Shown here one piece after another: positions 61,932-64,000 of a stretch of DNA of 64,000 nt. Numbering within the stretch: the stretch's first letter is position 1; the number at the start of each line of letters is the position of its first letter. The position numbers and the translations under genes are program-made. The DNA is taken from NCBI GenBank assembly GCA_035353175.1, contig DAOPZC010000003.1, forward strand, positions 62,473-126,472, given 5' to 3'. The notes beneath the pieces were generated by a model, which worked only from the letters and a program-made list of their open reading frames with translations, did no database searches and was not told the DNA's origin. Origin of the DNA: Kiritimatiellia bacterium (GTDB lineage Bacteria; Verrucomicrobiota; Kiritimatiellia; RFP12; UBA1067).

Positions 61932-63149
61932 TCAGCGCGTCTTCTCCGCCAAAGGCGCAACGGGCGTGACCGACAGGTCCATGCGGCCGTCACCGCGGTT
62001 GATCGTGCAGATGATGTACTTGTCCCCGCAGACAAACTGCGGGTGCGGGTCGGGGTGGAGCTTGCTGGGTTTGTCTTTAGTGGTGAAGGCAGGCCGTTCG
62101 GCATAGAGGAAGACTTCCTTCTTCGTCTCCGCGTTGTAGAAGCCCACCTGCCACGCGCAACCGCGATACCAAGGGCCGACGCTGTTGTCGTAAGTGAAAT
62201 AGCGCCGGTCCCGCGTCATCGTAGCGTGAGCCGCGTGGACGGGGGCGATGCGCCGCTGCTGGCCGGTGGCCAGGTCGTAATAGATGACGCCGTATTCCTT
62301 GCCGTGGCTGCAGTAGTAGAAACCCAAGCCGTCGTCGGCCCAGTATTCGTGGGTGGCGTAGTTGTTCATCGGCGGGACCACGCGTCGTTTGCCGTTGGGC
62401 TCGACCAGCAGCAGGCGGGGATAGACGCCGTCGATGTTCTGGATGCGGTGCTCGACTTTGTCGGTCCCCGTCCACCGGGTTTCGTGGGCGCACAGGGCCA
62501 GCCGGCCGTTCACGGGATTGACCTGCCCGTGGTTCACGCAGACGGATTCCTCGCCCCACTTCTCGAATCGGCCGGTTTTAATATCCAGCATGCCTTGGAT
62601 GAAGCGGTCGTCCACGCGCGCGTCCATAAACACCTGGGCGCGGTCGGGCGTCAGCGTCACATGGGTCGCATAGCCTGACACGTTGGTGCCTTCGGCCTTG
62701 AGCTGTGCCGGGATCTCGCACAGCTTCTCCTTCGCGGGCGCGTCGGCCCGCAGGTTCAACTTGTAAAACCCGCCGGACTCAAACCAGTACAGGAGGGCCG
62801 ACTCCGTATCGAGGAAGGGAATGCTGCCGCGGATCTCCAGCGGCCTGACCTCATCCTTGAGCAGATCGGCCAGTGCGAAGGTTTTCTGGTTGCGTCGATC
62901 GCCGCCCGACACGTCGAACACGATAAAGCGTCCGTCCTCGGTCATCGACTTCTGGGTGAAATAGAGGCTCTGCTGATTCGCTGCGACCCGCGTTTCGAGG
63001 ATGTAGGAAACGACGCCCGAGGCGGGCTCGACGTATTTGCGGAAAAGCTTCGAGGTCTCCGGAGTGTACACCGCCAGCGGGAGAGACTCCACCGCATGGC
63101 ACGACACCGCAAAGAGTGAGAACAGCCACGGCAGCAGACAAGACTTCAT
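61932..63149 (-). CDS. secreted oligogalacturonate lyase-like (PL22-like) beta-propeller protein
   Basis: Shine-Dalgarno GGGGAGG precedes the ATG at 63149. Signal peptide MKSCLLPWLFSLFAVSCHA. About 405 aa with ...HPDPHPQFVCGDKYIICT... and repeated propeller blades, resembling the Ogl/PL22 family. The assignment is tentative. Confidence 0.5.
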   Translation of the reverse strand: MKSCLLPWLFSLFAVSCHAVESLPLAVYTPETSKLFRKYVEPASGVVSYILETRVAANQQSLYFTQKSMTEDGRFIVFDVSGGDRRNQKTFALADLLKDEVRPLEIRGSIPFLDTESALLYWFESGGFYKLNLRADAPAKEKLCEIPAQLKAEGTNVSGYATHVTLTPDRAQVFMDARVDDRFIQGMLDIKTGRFEKWGEESVCVNHGQVNPVNGRLALCAHETRWTGTDKVEHRIQNIDGVYPRLLLVEPNGKRRVVPPMNNYATHEYWADDGLGFYYCSHGKEYGVIYYDLATGQQRRIAPVHAAHATMTRDRRYFTYDNSVGPWYRGCAWQVGFYNAETKKEVFLYAERPAFTTKDKPSKLHPDPHPQFVCGDKYIICTINRGDGRMDLSVTPVAPLAEKTR

Positions 63150-63410
63150 CCTTTTTCCTCCCCAACGACCGGACGGTCTCCCCCGACCTGGCCGGCGTAT
63201 GGCCCCATCATACGGCTTTTGGCGGCGCCCGGCAACGGGAGGCGTCAGAAATCGCGCATCCGAGGCACCGCAGACGCGCGTCGAAAAAAGCGCCGTCACT
63301 GACTCGCGGGACGCGACCGCGATGCCGAACGGAAGCAGAATTGCCTCGCCTCCAAGCGGCAGAGATCATATCCTTTGCCCATTATTCTAGAATTGCAGGG
63401 AGGCAAAAAT

Positions 63411-64000
63411 CATGAGAAGTACGCGGAGAGAGTTTGTGTGTCGTATGGCCGCGGGCGCCGCCGCGGCGGTTGCCGCGCCGGCGATCCTGCCGTCGTCGGC
63501 GCTGGGAGCCTCCGGGCAGACGGCGCCGGGCAACCGGGTCGCCGTCGGGCTGATCGGCATGGGCAAGATGATGTGGGGGCACCTGCGCGGCTGCCTCAGC
63601 CGCGAGGATGTCCAGGTGGTCGCGATCTGCGATGTCGAGCGGAACCGCCTCAAGGTCTGCCAGGACCTCGTCACGGAAACCTATTCCAAGCGCTTCGGCC
63701 AAGCCTACAAGGGGGTGGCGGTCCACCACGACTTCCGCGAGTTGCTCGCCCGCCCCGACATCGAGGCGGTGATGATCGCCACGCCCACCAACTGGCACGC
63801 CATTCAGGCGGTCGACGCCATGAAGGCCGGCAAGGACGTCTACTGCGAGAAACCGCTGGCGCTGACCGTCCGCGAGGCTCAGGCGGTCGCCGAGGCGGCC
63901 CGCCGCTACGGCCGCATCTTTCAGGTGGGCAGCCAGCAGCGCTCCGACTACAACTTCCGCTTCGCCTGCGAGCTGGTGCGCAACGGCGCCATCGGCAAGC
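63411..64000 (+). CDS. Tat-exported Gfo/Idh/MocA oxidoreductase (partial; continues beyond window end)
   Basis: Shine-Dalgarno GGGAGG precedes the ATG at 63411. MRSTRREFVCRMAAGAAAAVAAPA (Tat). VAVGLIGMGKMMWGH Rossmann; ICDVERNR; MIATPTNWHA; YCEKPLALTVREA. Confidence 0.8.

Noticed and set aside
1-64000. Searched for tRNA, rRNA, CRISPR arrays, integrase/transposase and toxin-antitoxin genes
   Set aside because: No cloverleaf-compatible ~75-nt segments, no rRNA-like conserved blocks, no regularly spaced repeats of 24 nt or more, and no recombinase-like ORFs were recognised by eye. The only mobile-element-like trace is the decayed ATPase fragment at 59007-59205.

Overview
This 64-kb, high-GC (~64%) window is almost certainly from a PVC-superphylum bacterium (Verrucomicrobia-, Lentisphaerae- or Kiritimatiellae-like). 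The clues are several Tat-exported Gfo/Idh/MocA 'GH109-like' oxidoreductases, a 2886-aa protein built from autotransporter-associated beta-strand (PATR) repeats, LVIVD and BspA-type LRR proteins, and Shine-Dalgarno-led genes packed on one strand. The first ~10 kb is housekeeping: an ABC-2 type transporter operon, pyrH-frr, a ZIP zinc transporter, murA, an S1 peptidase and a Pro/Ala-rich tail-anchored membrane protein. The remaining ~50 kb is a dense accessory region of secreted carbohydrate-active proteins: two GH42-like enzymes (one with tandem CBMs), a GDPD phosphodiesterase, an EF-hand-bearing esterase, an MBL-fold fusion protein, an SGNH esterase coupled to a small radical-SAM enzyme, a metallophosphoesterase, tandem-LamG proteins, a LamG-WbsX/GH99-like-LamG hydrolase, a PL22-like oligogalacturonate lyase, a beta-helix protein, and a TolB/PD40 beta-propeller with two C-terminal CXXCH haem motifs. 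No rRNA, tRNA, CRISPR array or transposase was found. Non-coding signals worth noting are: a decayed fragment of a DUF4143 AAA+ ATPase gene; a 25-bp-stem perfect-ish hairpin; AT-rich pentamer inverted repeats (TAATC/GATTA); an AGGA-pentamer inverted repeat in the murA-zupT spacer with a 17-mer near-copy at the ABC ATPase start; three good intrinsic terminators and two weaker hairpins. Many long ORFs in the six-frame track are antisense artefacts of high GC and are rejected. Coordinates of non-ORF features are read by eye and may be off by 1-2 nt.
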